A DNA stretch of 64,000 nucleotides from a virus, in the IMG/VR virus record IMGVR_UViG_3300012012_001194, positions 37,504 to 101,503 of that record; one strand, 5' to 3'. Below are positions 18,226 through 28,529 of this stretch, piece after piece. The notes under the pieces were generated by a model. That model was not told the DNA's origin. It saw only the letters and a program-made list of their open reading frames with translations, and searched no databases. The position numbers and the translations under genes were made by a program. How positions within the stretch are numbered: the stretch's first letter is position 1; each line of letters begins with the position of its first letter.

Positions 18226-21200
18226 CTACTCCACTATGACAACTTTGTCGTTGGCATCAATCTCGCCGGAACGGTACGCACGCATGGCATCAGCCTTAGT
18301 CTTGAAGTACCTCTCTGGCCTCTTAGATGCTTCAGAAGTGGCGGTGTAGAGCCCGCCTTGGTATTCATTCATTGGCAACTGATGAACCTTGAAGTTCTTT
18401 ACAGCGAACAGGTTTCTGCTGGGTAGCATCTTCTCCATAGCGTCTTTAACCGCTTCGTCAGTAGTAGGCACATGGTAGTTCATAGCATCGCCATCGAAGT
18501 CGGCGCCAAACCCTTTTACAATAATAGGAGGAACTTGAAGAGTACTTCCCTTAACAAGGGTAGGCCTAAACGCCATAACCCCATATCTATGTAACACTGG
18601 AGCACGAGTAATGATAACAGGTCTTGCTTCCATCTCAGAAGTCATGGCATCCATAGCCATCTTATCTTTATTCTCTATCATTTCTGCGGCTTTAAACCTA
18701 TCAACTCCACGCCTGACTAATCTTCTCATAATAAATGGCTTATACACTGCCCAAGCCCTGTCTTCAGGGATACCGACTTGATCCATGTCCAGTTCTGGAT
18801 TAGGAGTAATAGCAGCCCTACCTACCATGTCAACATTAGATGCTAATAGCTTTCTTTGAAGGACACTGAACTTAGGGTTATCACCAAAGACTTGCTTTAG
18901 TATTCCCTTTACGTTCTTCTGCTCTAACTTTGGATTGGTAGCATCGCCAAGCCCAGTTACGGCTTTGAGGGAGTCATAAACGCTTGTTCTATGCTCAGAA
19001 AGATCAGAGAAGCTCTTGGACGACTCCCTCATCTCGTTGTTAGAGTCGATCAACTCTTTATAAAGATAGTTAGCGTCTCCAACCATAGGCAGCCCGCTTG
19101 ACTGCATCACGCTAACTGGCCTAAATAAAGGAGGAAGCACAGGAGCTTTAGACATCATCCAGTCAGATGGATGCATATTCAGTTCTTTAGTGCTCTTAAG
19201 ATACCCAAGTTTACGAACTGCTTCATCTCTGTAAGACTTCTTACCAGAAGCTATCTGAGCTCTGGCTTTCATGATCTCTTGGTCGACATTGATCTTCTTT
19301 AGTGCTATCCCAATAGCGTTAGGTCCCTTAACGCCGTTAAGAGCTTCTTTACCAGCTAATACGTCTCTAAATTTGTTCTCTGTTAATCCCAGTACTTTGC
19401 GTATGGGCTCTTCCATAACAGGGTTAGGCATCGGCTCGTGCAGCTTTATGTGGCTCCACATCGTACCGCCATGGCCGCCCGTAAGCTTAGGGTCAAATAA
19501 CCCATCACCGACTGGCTTCATGCCGCCTTCCCAATCTACGGTGTCGGATCGCTTAATCTCACGATCGCCTGAGAGGGAGTCTATATCTCTATCAGTCAAT
19601 GCCATGAGCTGTGTCTTGGAGCCGCTGCGCACGGGGTTAATTCCAGCTGCTTGGAGCTGTGCCATAAACTTGCGATAGGTCAAAGGCACTCTAGGGATTG
19701 GCATAGCCTTGCCCCCCATGAAGGCCGCCCAGTAATCATCGTTCTTCTGGCCTCGAATAGCTCCTGCGTCTCTTAGAACCTCATGGGCCCCGTGAGAGAG
19801 TAGAGCGTTAACGTCCATGAGGGCCATTCTTTTAGATCCGGTCTCTCCGCCTTTAGCCGGGGTCTCTTCAGCGGTGTACCCGCTAGAAATTCCTCGACCT
19901 TGGCCTTTAGACTCAGAGGTGTGATGCAACTTCATAAAGAAGCGATTGCCTGTGAAGATGTTCTTAATCTTCTTACCTGACTCAGGATCTTCGAGGTCTT
20001 CCATATCACTAAGGTTGTTTTTTCTAAGCTCATCGATAGCGAACTCAGTAAGGTCTTCGATGTTGTCGAAGTCTTTAACTGCGTAGCGTTTACCTGTCTT
20101 CTCAGATATCTTTCCAAGAGCAGCTTCTACCATCTGGCTTGGATTAGTTCGAGTAATAACCCCAAGCGGGTTTAGTAGTACTTCAAAGGGCCGTCCGTCT
20201 GCGCCTTTTGGCATCTTGTCATCAGGAACAACAGTGGAGATAACTCCTTTATCACCATAACGCCCGGAGAGCTTATCTCCTTCTTTCATGGGGTTAAGGC
20301 TCTTTACCGTTACTGCAAATCCTTTTTTAGTTTGAGCCACGTCGGTAACCACACCTTCGTTCTCGTGATCCCACGTGGTGCTGGCGTTATTAAACCCAGT
20401 CCTAGACCTTCCAACTTGCTGGTTATGGGCTCTTGAGAGTACGTTAGCTTGTAAGATAAGTGGGTCACCTTTTCTTACAACTGTACCCGGCTTAATCACA
20501 CCGTTGTCGTCAAGGTTGTCTACGAGGGCCCTAGAATAATCAGAAGGAAACAGTGTAAGAAACGCCCGCTTTCCAGGCTTGGTGTCTTTGTCAAATTCAG
20601 CCTCATGCTGATACATGTGCTCAGAGGTTAGACGTTTAGCTGCGCCTTCTGAAATAACAATAGCGTCTTCAAAGTTGTAACCCTTGTAAGGTATGTAGGC
20701 GGTTCTAAGATTAGTGCCTAGCGCAGATGTGCCTTTGTCATTAGTGTAGTTAGATCTAGCTAACAAGTCACCTTGGTTGACAACATCACCAACTTTTACG
20801 GTAGCCGTGTTATGTAGAAAAGTCTTACGGTTGAATGGAAGATTATTATAGATCTCTTTCTTGTGAAGCTGGCCGTCTTCTCCCCGTACATGAATCTCAT
20901 CACCATCTACTTTGATTACTTGGCCCGCTACATCAGAGTGTATAGCGCCCATATGTTTACCGTAATCTTCCTCATAAGACTTGTCGTCTTCATCGGGCAT
21001 ACCTGATTGCACATAAGGGGCTTCAGGGTTTTGTAGGGGTAGCGCCTGCGTAAGCATGCGGGCGCCCATCATTACTCGCTGCCCTTTGGTAGCGCTCTTA
21101 AGAGGAATCATATTGGCTAGCTGATTAAAGGCGTGCTCCATGCGAGGAAGCTCATGGCTAACCTCTGCTCTGTTCACGTACTTGATCTTACCGTTAACTA

Positions 21201-22701
21201 AAGCAGCTATCTTTTGATTATTAGGATCTCGAAGCTGATTAGGGAACGCCACAACAGAGTCGGCCATCTCTTGAGGAGTTCGCCACACTTGCTCGTTAGT
21301 GTTCACGTCTCTAAATCCGCCATACACCTTTCCATCAATACCTTTTCTGGAGTTGATAGCAATACGACTGTCTACGCCTACTTTGAGAGACTCTGGAGTT
21401 AGCAAGGGGTCTACAAAGCCAAAGTGAGACGGCTGTACGTTACGAGCCTCTTCAGGTACAGATTGCAGCGAAGGGATACCGCCTTCACCGAGGCGGCTAA
21501 TCCTAGTTACTTGGTTAAGCAGGTCGGCAGGGTTAACTTCTTCAAGGGGTTGGCCTAACCCGCTAGTCATAATGGCGCCATTAATCTGAGAGTTTAAAAA
21601 CCCAGCGCTGAAAGGGCTTAGGTTCTTCCTGAAGCTAGCCTTCCATAGCAGAGGGCGCATTACTCGGTGTGCAGCGTTGACCCTTTCTGCAAATAAGTCT
21701 TCAGGCCCAACCATAGACTGATACGCCATAGCGTCACGGTCGTCTGGGTCTACCTCTTTACGGTGGACAGCTAATATCTTCTTAGTAGCAGCTAAAATAG
21801 AATCTGCTGATACGTTCTTAAACGGCTGACCTAAAGTGCGAGACGTAACCTCGGGATCCATCTCCATCTTGGCGATAGCTTCTAATATAGATTGCTTTTT
21901 ACTCTCTGCGGTATGAATCTCGCCTGCCTTAGTCTTGCCTATCTTGGCAAACAGCTTTTCCATATGGTTTGGATCGTCGGTAGCAGAGTTAGCACTGTAG
22001 ATCTCATTACCCCAGGCTTCTCTAAGCTGCTTGTCAGTAGCGCCAAGGGCTTTTAGTAAAGGAGTAACAGGTACAGAGGATTGGCCGAAGCCTATAGAAA
22101 ATACACCCTTCTCAGGATCTAGCGAGTAGCGATGGGACGAGCCTTTTCCTGGCATAACGTTGACATGGCTTTCGACTTCACCATTCTTAGCGATACGAGT
22201 GAACACGCCTGGCTTTAGCCGCATTTGATTAGCTAACGTGTATTCAGTGCCGGTGACGATGAAAGTGCCACGGTCGGTCATATAGGGAACTTTAGCCAGC
22301 GTAGTTCTACGGGTGTCTAGCGTATCGCCAGTAACATTATCTGTTAATGTTAGCGTACCTTTAAGTGCCCGATTTAAGGTATCGCCCTTAAGAATTGCAT
22401 TCTTCTGTGACTTGATAGACTTCTGCTCATCGGGGTCGTCCCAGCCAATATCCGAAACACTTAAGGTGTGCCTCTGGTTTACTAATGGTTGGATGTTAGA
22501 TGCGGCAGCTTGAATACCAGAAAAGATAGCAGTCCTAGTAGCTTTGATATCATCAAACTTGCGCATTGGCGGCGGTACGGGGGGTTGCATAACGGGCGGC
22601 GGCAGGGTAGGAGCTGCCGTAGAAGCAACCAAGCCGACTGGCTTAGGCTTAGTCGGCTCGGAGCTCAGAACACTGTTATCGTCATCAAGTATTCCAGCCA
22701 T
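18226..22701 (-). CDS. DNA-directed RNA polymerase: beta fused to the N-terminal catalytic half of beta'
   Basis: Beta motifs: TPES..VG, GYNFEDAI, GDKLSGRYGDKGVIS, LNPLGV..R.N..Q, KLHH. Beta' motifs follow: GLFDP, PVLPP..RP, RAPVLHR, and catalytic GADFDGD at 18487-18507. Confidence 0.95.
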   Translation of the reverse strand: MAGILDDDNSVLSSEPTKPKPVGLVASTAAPTLPPPVMQPPVPPPMRKFDDIKATRTAIFSGIQAAASNIQPLVNQRHTLSVSDIGWDDPDEQKSIKSQKNAILKGDTLNRALKGTLTLTDNVTGDTLDTRRTTLAKVPYMTDRGTFIVTGTEYTLANQMRLKPGVFTRIAKNGEVESHVNVMPGKGSSHRYSLDPEKGVFSIGFGQSSVPVTPLLKALGATDKQLREAWGNEIYSANSATDDPNHMEKLFAKIGKTKAGEIHTAESKKQSILEAIAKMEMDPEVTSRTLGQPFKNVSADSILAATKKILAVHRKEVDPDDRDAMAYQSMVGPEDLFAERVNAAHRVMRPLLWKASFRKNLSPFSAGFLNSQINGAIMTSGLGQPLEEVNPADLLNQVTRISRLGEGGIPSLQSVPEEARNVQPSHFGFVDPLLTPESLKVGVDSRIAINSRKGIDGKVYGGFRDVNTNEQVWRTPQEMADSVVAFPNQLRDPNNQKIAALVNGKIKYVNRAEVSHELPRMEHAFNQLANMIPLKSATKGQRVMMGARMLTQALPLQNPEAPYVQSGMPDEDDKSYEEDYGKHMGAIHSDVAGQVIKVDGDEIHVRGEDGQLHKKEIYNNLPFNRKTFLHNTATVKVGDVVNQGDLLARSNYTNDKGTSALGTNLRTAYIPYKGYNFEDAIVISEGAAKRLTSEHMYQHEAEFDKDTKPGKRAFLTLFPSDYSRALVDNLDDNGVIKPGTVVRKGDPLILQANVLSRAHNQQVGRSRTGFNNASTTWDHENEGVVTDVAQTKKGFAVTVKSLNPMKEGDKLSGRYGDKGVISTVVPDDKMPKGADGRPFEVLLNPLGVITRTNPSQMVEAALGKISEKTGKRYAVKDFDNIEDLTEFAIDELRKNNLSDMEDLEDPESGKKIKNIFTGNRFFMKLHHTSESKGQGRGISSGYTAEETPAKGGETGSKRMALMDVNALLSHGAHEVLRDAGAIRGQKNDDYWAAFMGGKAMPIPRVPLTYRKFMAQLQAAGINPVRSGSKTQLMALTDRDIDSLSGDREIKRSDTVDWEGGMKPVGDGLFDPKLTGGHGGTMWSHIKLHEPMPNPVMEEPIRKVLGLTENKFRDVLAGKEALNGVKGPNAIGIALKKINVDQEIMKARAQIASGKKSYRDEAVRKLGYLKSTKELNMHPSDWMMSKAPVLPPLFRPVSVMQSSGLPMVGDANYLYKELIDSNNEMRESSKSFSDLSEHRTSVYDSLKAVTGLGDATNPKLEQKNVKGILKQVFGDNPKFSVLQRKLLASNVDMVGRAAITPNPELDMDQVGIPEDRAWAVYKPFIMRRLVRRGVDRFKAAEMIENKDKMAMDAMTSEMEARPVIITRAPVLHRYGVMAFRPTLVKGSTLQVPPIIVKGFGADFDGDAMNYHVPTTDEAVKDAMEKMLPSRNLFAVKNFKVHQLPMNEYQGGLYTATSEASKRPERYFKTKADAMRAYRSGEIDANDKVVIVE

Positions 22702-22702
22702 T

Positions 22703-23650
22703 TTAGGCCTCGTATTCTAGAGTTTTACCTATGTCACCGGAAGGTCTAAGAGTTTTCTTGTTTTTAGCGACATCTACGGGAACAGGAATTGAATAGATGG
22801 GCTGCCCCTCTATTGCTCTGCGGTTAAGGAACTCGTTGAGGTAACGTTGGGATTCTAGCTTCTCAGCGTCGTTCTTCTTGGCATCTTGATACCCTGTGTA
22901 TATACCTGCAGTACCGAGGCCCAGACCTAGCGCTCCGAGTACACCGGCGTATCCTTTTAAGGCGTCCTTAGGATTTGGAGTATTATCTTTAATCTTCCTA
23001 CCTAACGCTCCAATACCCGCAACCACGTTTCCACCAAAATCCAATAAGTTGTCCTTAGCTTGCTTCTCGCCTTCAGAATGAAACTCAGCTAACTTCTCTA
23101 AGTCCTCAGCCAAACTAGCGGACTTAACCGCTTTAATAGGCGAGCTCAATCTATTAGAGTGAGCCTCTACTAGAGCCTTACCAAATTCAGCTTTAGCGTC
23201 GGTAAGCTCTTGATCTTTCTCTGCTTTAACTTTCTTAGTTAGCAAATGGTTTATAAGAGAGTAGCTTCCAACCGCTGGAACAGCGGCGGCAGTAAGCGCC
23301 GCTGAAAGATAGTAAGGGTTAGCCAGATCACCAGGCTGAAACTTTGACTCCTTTTCCATGGAGATATTCTTGCCGGGTTTATAAGTACCTAGATTCTTTG
23401 CTTTACCTTTAAGCTTGCGCTTACGTCTACTCTCAAAGAACTCAGAAGTGCCTGGAATGGCACTCTGACCAGGAACAGGGACTTCCACCATGGATCCGCT
23501 AGGAGCACCAAGGGTTGACTCCCTGTCTGTGAGAAGCGAGCCGCTATTTAGATGCTTAAGCAGAGCTAAGCCAGAGCCCCCTAGTAAGCTATAAAGACCA
23601 GTCCTCTTTAAATCTTCCATCTGCCTAGAGTCGAAATAATCGTTTGGCAT
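22703..23650 (-). CDS. Hypothetical membrane-associated protein
   Basis: 315 aa, three hydrophobic segments, KSAS/KLA/KQA motifs. Confidence 0.65.
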   Translation of the reverse strand: MPNDYFDSRQMEDLKRTGLYSLLGGSGLALLKHLNSGSLLTDRESTLGAPSGSMVEVPVPGQSAIPGTSEFFESRRKRKLKGKAKNLGTYKPGKNISMEKESKFQPGDLANPYYLSAALTAAAVPAVGSYSLINHLLTKKVKAEKDQELTDAKAEFGKALVEAHSNRLSSPIKAVKSASLAEDLEKLAEFHSEGEKQAKDNLLDFGGNVVAGIGALGRKIKDNTPNPKDALKGYAGVLGALGLGLGTAGIYTGYQDAKKNDAEKLESQRYLNEFLNRRAIEGQPIYSIPVPVDVAKNKKTLRPSGDIGKTLEYEA

Positions 23651-23652
23651 TG

Positions 23653-24003
23653 TTATCTCCTAGTTGGAACTATCTTTCCTTGAATGTCCGCCCACTCCAT
23701 GTGGATGCTTATCTTCTGTTTGTCTTCAGAGATGAGCTTTGTCCTATCTATCTGAACGCAAGCCCTGTTAGCTATGAGATCTCTTACTTTTGCGTATTCC
23801 TTAAGGTCTTCAGGATTGCTTAGATCAAATATCTTGACCTTTACATCCAGTTGCAGAGGGATATTCTCATACTCCTCCTGCGTTGTATTAGGGGCCATTG
23901 GCCCGCCAGCAATTGGAAAGCCCTGCGCCGTAGTGCCGGAAGCCTGTCGGTACTTTACGCCAACGCCGCCAAGCCCAAATTGACTTAGTATTTTATCGTT
24001 CAT
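23653..24003 (-). CDS. Hypothetical protein
   Basis: 116 aa, operon-style packing. Confidence 0.65.
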   Translation of the reverse strand: MNDKILSQFGLGGVGVKYRQASGTTAQGFPIAGGPMAPNTTQEEYENIPLQLDVKVKIFDLSNPEDLKEYAKVRDLIANRACVQIDRTKLISEDKQKISIHMEWADIQGKIVPTRR

Positions 24004-24012
24004 AATGCCTTT

Positions 24013-24429
24013 CTAGTAGCGTGTTACGCCGGAGATGCCACGATCTCGTTCTCGCTTACGCCTTGTCATCTCAGTCTGTCGCTTAATAATCTCTGTCAGC
24101 CTATCATACTCATTGGTGATCTCCTCTTGAAGGAGGTCGTCCTTAGATGGGATAGGGGGCTTGGTAGCTTGATACAACCCCGGACCTAGCAGCTTATTAC
24201 CAAGATAGTAACTGCCTGCGCCGCCAAGAGCAGCAAGGCCTCCCCCGGTATAACCAAGATCTCTAATAAGGGGCAGCGGGTTAAGGGCGTCAAACCAAGA
24301 TTTGCCCTCGGCGCTCTTCTCAGCTAAAGCAAGAGCTTGCTTAACTCTCACATGAATTTGATCAAGGGTAAGCCCGTCCTCAACACACTTGGCCAAAAAG
24401 GCTACCTTAAACATTTGCTTGTCGTTCAT
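24013..24429 (-). CDS. Hypothetical protein with glycine-rich hydrophobic segment
   Basis: 138 aa; KVA/KSA motifs. Confidence 0.65.
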   Translation of the reverse strand: MNDKQMFKVAFLAKCVEDGLTLDQIHVRVKQALALAEKSAEGKSWFDALNPLPLIRDLGYTGGGLAALGGAGSYYLGNKLLGPGLYQATKPPIPSKDDLLQEEITNEYDRLTEIIKRQTEMTRRKRERDRGISGVTRY

Positions 24430-24433
24430 AATG

Positions 24434-24790
24434 TTATCCTAGTATGATACCTGAGTTAGTTACGCTAGCGCCTGTAGACCAGATCCTACGATTATCGTGT
24501 GCTAAGTCTTTTATGACCTTAGCGTCTGTAGGGTCGCCCTGTTCCTTGGCTTCTTGAATGCACAGCATGATGTCTCTAGCCGCTGCAATAATCTGAGACT
24601 TCTCATCTTGGTGCTGGACTCGGCTGGACTCCTCAAACAAGGCCTTGGCCCTCTTTCTCATGACGCTAATAGGCTCGGACTTGTCAGAGCCGTCTCTGCC
24701 GTCGTGAATACGGATAAGCCCGCCTTCAGCCCAGAATTCTATCTGGTTGTATTTATAAGTCTTCTTAATGCTAATCGAAGGAACATCCAT
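24434..24790 (-). CDS. Hypothetical protein
   Basis: 118 aa, operon-style packing. Confidence 0.65.
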   Translation of the reverse strand: MDVPSISIKKTYKYNQIEFWAEGGLIRIHDGRDGSDKSEPISVMRKRAKALFEESSRVQHQDEKSQIIAAARDIMLCIQEAKEQGDPTDAKVIKDLAHDNRRIWSTGASVTNSGIILG

Positions 24791-24849
24791 AACCAGCCCT
24801 TTCAGTTAAAACCCAATAATACACTAATTTAAGCAGGCTGTCACTCAGC

Positions 24850-26145
24850 TTATTGGCCAAAGAATCCAGGCACCACTGCCTTAATAGCCCCCGCTACAAC
24901 GCCTGCGCCCTGCAGCGTTCTTTGAGCCTGCGGAGTCAAGCCTACCAAAGCGCCTAAGACTTTGCCACCTAAAGTAGCTTGCACATACCCAGCGCCCATA
25001 CCTAGGCCGACCCTAGCAATGTCCATCGGAGTTATGAAGCCAGTGTTACCCCGCATGTTATTAGCGGCCCCTACTACGCCCATCGTAGCTGCCTGCAAAT
25101 ACGATGGAGTGAACGGGTCATTTAAAACTAAGCGGTTAAAGGCGTCAACTGGTACCGGCTCTAAACCAAAGATTGATTGATTGTTATTAAAGAAGTCAGC
25201 AGCTTTGCTCATCTCGCTAGAGATACTAGGCTGCAGCTCTGCTAAAGCTTGAGAAGCCTTAATGATTGGAGGCGTAGTATGCGGGTTGCCATAGAGCACG
25301 TTAGGAGTAGTAAAGGCGTTCCACGCACTAGACTTGCGATCTGGGTTTAGCTTATTATCCCAAGTAGAAGCTCCAAGTACTCCAAGCGCCGCGCCGGGAG
25401 CAGCTCCAAGAGCGCCGCCAAGCATAGCTAAGCGCTTACGCAACTTACCTTTCTCAAATACATTAGGGGCAACGTTCTCAGCTATAGTTCCAGCACCGTA
25501 GCCAAGGCCTGCTGCAAGAGTGCCGCCGGCTACCATCGATGCAAGAGGTGTTGGACCCCCAAAGCGGCTAGCAAAGCTGGAGGGCGTAATCATAGCCATT
25601 TGAGAGATGGGCCTAAGGATGCTAGATATAGTAGCGCTGGCAGACTTTACTAAAATCCAAGGGTGCTCAAGGTTGGGCCGGCTGACTTTATTAGCCACGC
25701 CTTGCTTAGTCAAGAAAGTGGAGACGTCTCCACTGGGGACTAACACCTTACCTGAAACTGGGCTGAGCCAAGCGTGCATATTAGGTGAGAGGGCCCTAGC
25801 TATCTTTTCGTAAAGCTTTTTTGATGATGAGATGTAGGTGCTTATAAGCTCGGGCACATGCTGCCACGCTAAATCTTCAGCAATTTTGTTCAGACCTTCT
25901 TGCCTAGAAACAGTGTAAGGGATAATATCCCTAGGTGCGTGGACTTTAAATGCCGTTGGGACGTGCGTTACCCCTACAAACTTCTTATTAAGATCAGAAT
26001 CAATGACGAAATCCTCTGGCCTTTCCATGAAGAGCTTCCTCAATATTTTGTTCTTTTCGTGATAGTTACGGTCGTCCGACATCTGCTTCGCTAGAAGAAG
26101 CTGGTGCAGGTCGGCCTTTGGGTTGCGTTCTGTCTCTAGCTGCAT
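24850..26145 (-). CDS. Hypothetical modular protein with glycine-zipper segments
   Basis: Likely start MQLETER at 26145, after GGAGG; KIA/KSAS/KAS/KAA junctions. Confidence 0.65.
   Translation of the reverse strand: MQLETERNPKADLHQLLLAKQMSDDRNYHEKNKILRKLFMERPEDFVIDSDLNKKFVGVTHVPTAFKVHAPRDIIPYTVSRQEGLNKIAEDLAWQHVPELISTYISSSKKLYEKIARALSPNMHAWLSPVSGKVLVPSGDVSTFLTKQGVANKVSRPNLEHPWILVKSASATISSILRPISQMAMITPSSFASRFGGPTPLASMVAGGTLAAGLGYGAGTIAENVAPNVFEKGKLRKRLAMLGGALGAAPGAALGVLGASTWDNKLNPDRKSSAWNAFTTPNVLYGNPHTTPPIIKASQALAELQPSISSEMSKAADFFNNNQSIFGLEPVPVDAFNRLVLNDPFTPSYLQAATMGVVGAANNMRGNTGFITPMDIARVGLGMGAGYVQATLGGKVLGALVGLTPQAQRTLQGAGVVAGAIKAVVPGFFGQ
25717..25734. repeat. Dispersed palindrome copy 4 (18 bp)
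   Basis: Inside 24850..26145. Confidence 0.95.
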
Positions 26146-26265
26146 TACAAAGATCCTCCACCCCGATGGTACCAATTCTTGGCTAATCAAGCCATAGTTG
26201 GATGTCGTTTGGAAGGAATTATGTTTAAGTCTGGAATGTATCAACACATACGGAGGTCATCACCA

Positions 26266-28524
26266 ATGGTATCGGTTGGATCTAAAAAAGGCGTTGAGAT
26301 TAAGAAAGTCAAGAAGCGTAATGGGAGCGTCGATCTATTTGATCCGCATAAGATAGCCTCGGCAGTAGAACGCTGCTTTAAAAACGGACTGCAAAGCACA
26401 GACGAGGAAGCTCAGGTCGCCGGCGTTAAAGTTTCCAAGGCAGTTGTCAACATTCTCAACAAAAAAACTGAAGAGGAAATAATAGAAGTCGAAGCCCTGC
26501 AACGACTTGTGATTCAGCAGCTATGGGCTCTTGGGTACTTTGAAGGGGCCGAACACTACACCCTATTTAAAGAAAAGAGGAAACAAGAAAGAAGTAATCA
26601 CCCTGTTGACCCTGAGCTACGCAAGTTAGTCGACGAAGACAATCAATACTTTCCATCTCCACTCCAGTATTACCAGTTTATTAGTAAGTTTGCTAAGTGG
26701 GACGAAGCCTTAGGGCGCCGTGAGACCTGGGGTGAGTGCGTGAACAGAGTGATGGCCTTCTTTGCTAAGCAAGACTTTGCAGAGAAGATCACAAAACAAG
26801 AGTTTAAAGAACTAAAGGACTACCTGCAGCGCATGGATGCCACGCCAGCTATGCGTGTAATCCAGATGGCTGGTAAGGCTTTAGATAGATGCCATGTAGG
26901 AGTGTACAACTGTAGCTACATGCCCATCACGGACATCAGGTCTTTCAGCGAGCTTCTTTATATCCTTATGCAGGGCACAGGAGCCGGCTTCTCCGTTGAG
27001 CGTCGTTATGTAGAGCAGCTCCCCGCTGTGAAAAGGCAGATAGGTAAATCACCAGCAAAGATGGGAATTATCGACACAACCGAGGGGTGGTGCGACGCTC
27101 TCTACGCTGGCCTCGACGCTTGGTTTAGCGGTAAAGACATCGAGTTTGACTTTAGTAAGATTAGACCCTCGGGAGCTAGGCTCAGCATTAAAGGTGGTAG
27201 AGCTAGCGGCCCTGACCCGCTTAGGACTTTGCTTCAGTTTGCTAGGACACTTATCCTATCAAGGCAAGGAAGGTCACTTAGCGACGTGGACTGCCATGAC
27301 CTCGCCTGCATGACTGGTAAAATAGTTCAGGTCGGTGGTGTTCGCAGAGCCAGTGAGATATCCCTTAGTGACCTCGACTCTAAGGAGATGCGGCTAGCTA
27401 AGAGCGGAAACTGGTGGGAAACCAACCTACAGAGAACCATGGCTAACAACTCTGCTGTGTACAACAGTAAGCCTACCTCTATTGAGTTCATAGAGGAGTG
27501 GTTGTCTTTGGCAGACAGCGGATCTGGAGAACGAGGCATCTTCAACAGGGACGGCGTCCTACGTAGTCTTCCTGAAAGAAGACAAGCTAGAGACTTCGGA
27601 ACAAATCCCTGCGCAGAGATTATTCTAAGACCTTATCAGTTCTGCAACCTGTCTATCGTTATAGCCAGAGAGGACGACACTGCTGAGACTCTTAAAAAGA
27701 AGGTGCGCATAGCTACTATCTTTGGAACTATGCAAGCCTGCCTGACGGACTTCAAGTACATTCGTCGAGAGTGGAAAGATAACTGCCAAGAGGAACGGCT
27801 ACTAGGGGTAGACATTACTGGACAGATGGACTGCCCACTTCTAAGGCCAGGAGCTGAAGGTAGAGAAGAGCTGCTACGCAAGCTCAGATCCATAGTAGCT
27901 AAGACCAACACAGAGTTCGCAGATCGCTTTGGAATTGGTAGAGCTGCTGCTGACACTTGTGTAAAGCCCTCTGGAGATAGTGCTGTACTATTTGGCTGCT
28001 CGTCAGGAATTCATGCACGTTTTTCTGACTATTACATTCGAAGGGTACGAGAGCGAGCCGACAGCCCTGTGGCTAATATGCTTAGAGATGCTGGTGTGCC
28101 TTGGATCACCGCACCTGAAGATCAATCACTAGTGTGCTTTGAGTTTCCATGCGCTTCTCCAGCAGGGGCAATCACAAAGGATCAGCAGACTGCACTAGAG
28201 CAGCTTGACAACTGGATGTGCTGGAAACGAAACTGGGCTGAGCACTCAGTATCGGCGACAGTGTACATGGAACCTCACGAATGGCTTGAGGCTGGTAACT
28301 GGGTCTACAACAACTTTGATGAGATCTCAGGTATTAGCTTCCTTCCTCGTAATAGCGGAACCTACACAGGCACCCCTTACGAAGAGATTGATGAGGTTGA
28401 GTATAATAAGAGATTAAGCTCGTTCCCTACTGTGGATTGGGCTAAGCTCTCTAGGTATGAGAAGACTGACCACACTGAGTCGTCTCAGACCTACGCCTGC
28501 ACCGGCGGTGCATGCGAACTCTAA
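26266..28524 (+). CDS. nrdJ: Class II (adenosylcobalamin-dependent) ribonucleotide reductase with N-terminal ATP-cone
   Basis: ATP-cone VKKRNG...FD..KI..AV; RRETW.E, YNCSY, GGVRRA..ISL, TNPCAEI, CVKPSG, C-terminal ACTGGACEL; start after GGAGG. Confidence 0.9.
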   Translation: MVSVGSKKGVEIKKVKKRNGSVDLFDPHKIASAVERCFKNGLQSTDEEAQVAGVKVSKAVVNILNKKTEEEIIEVEALQRLVIQQLWALGYFEGAEHYTLFKEKRKQERSNHPVDPELRKLVDEDNQYFPSPLQYYQFISKFAKWDEALGRRETWGECVNRVMAFFAKQDFAEKITKQEFKELKDYLQRMDATPAMRVIQMAGKALDRCHVGVYNCSYMPITDIRSFSELLYILMQGTGAGFSVERRYVEQLPAVKRQIGKSPAKMGIIDTTEGWCDALYAGLDAWFSGKDIEFDFSKIRPSGARLSIKGGRASGPDPLRTLLQFARTLILSRQGRSLSDVDCHDLACMTGKIVQVGGVRRASEISLSDLDSKEMRLAKSGNWWETNLQRTMANNSAVYNSKPTSIEFIEEWLSLADSGSGERGIFNRDGVLRSLPERRQARDFGTNPCAEIILRPYQFCNLSIVIAREDDTAETLKKKVRIATIFGTMQACLTDFKYIRREWKDNCQEERLLGVDITGQMDCPLLRPGAEGREELLRKLRSIVAKTNTEFADRFGIGRAAADTCVKPSGDSAVLFGCSSGIHARFSDYYIRRVRERADSPVANMLRDAGVPWITAPEDQSLVCFEFPCASPAGAITKDQQTALEQLDNWMCWKRNWAEHSVSATVYMEPHEWLEAGNWVYNNFDEISGISFLPRNSGTYTGTPYEEIDEVEYNKRLSSFPTVDWAKLSRYEKTDHTESSQTYACTGGACEL

Positions 28525-28529
28525 TGTCT

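Noticed and set aside
11516-22701. Cellular rpoB/rpoC locus
   Set aside because: There are no ribosomal-protein neighbours, the subunits are reduced and split atypically, and the context is a phage head module.
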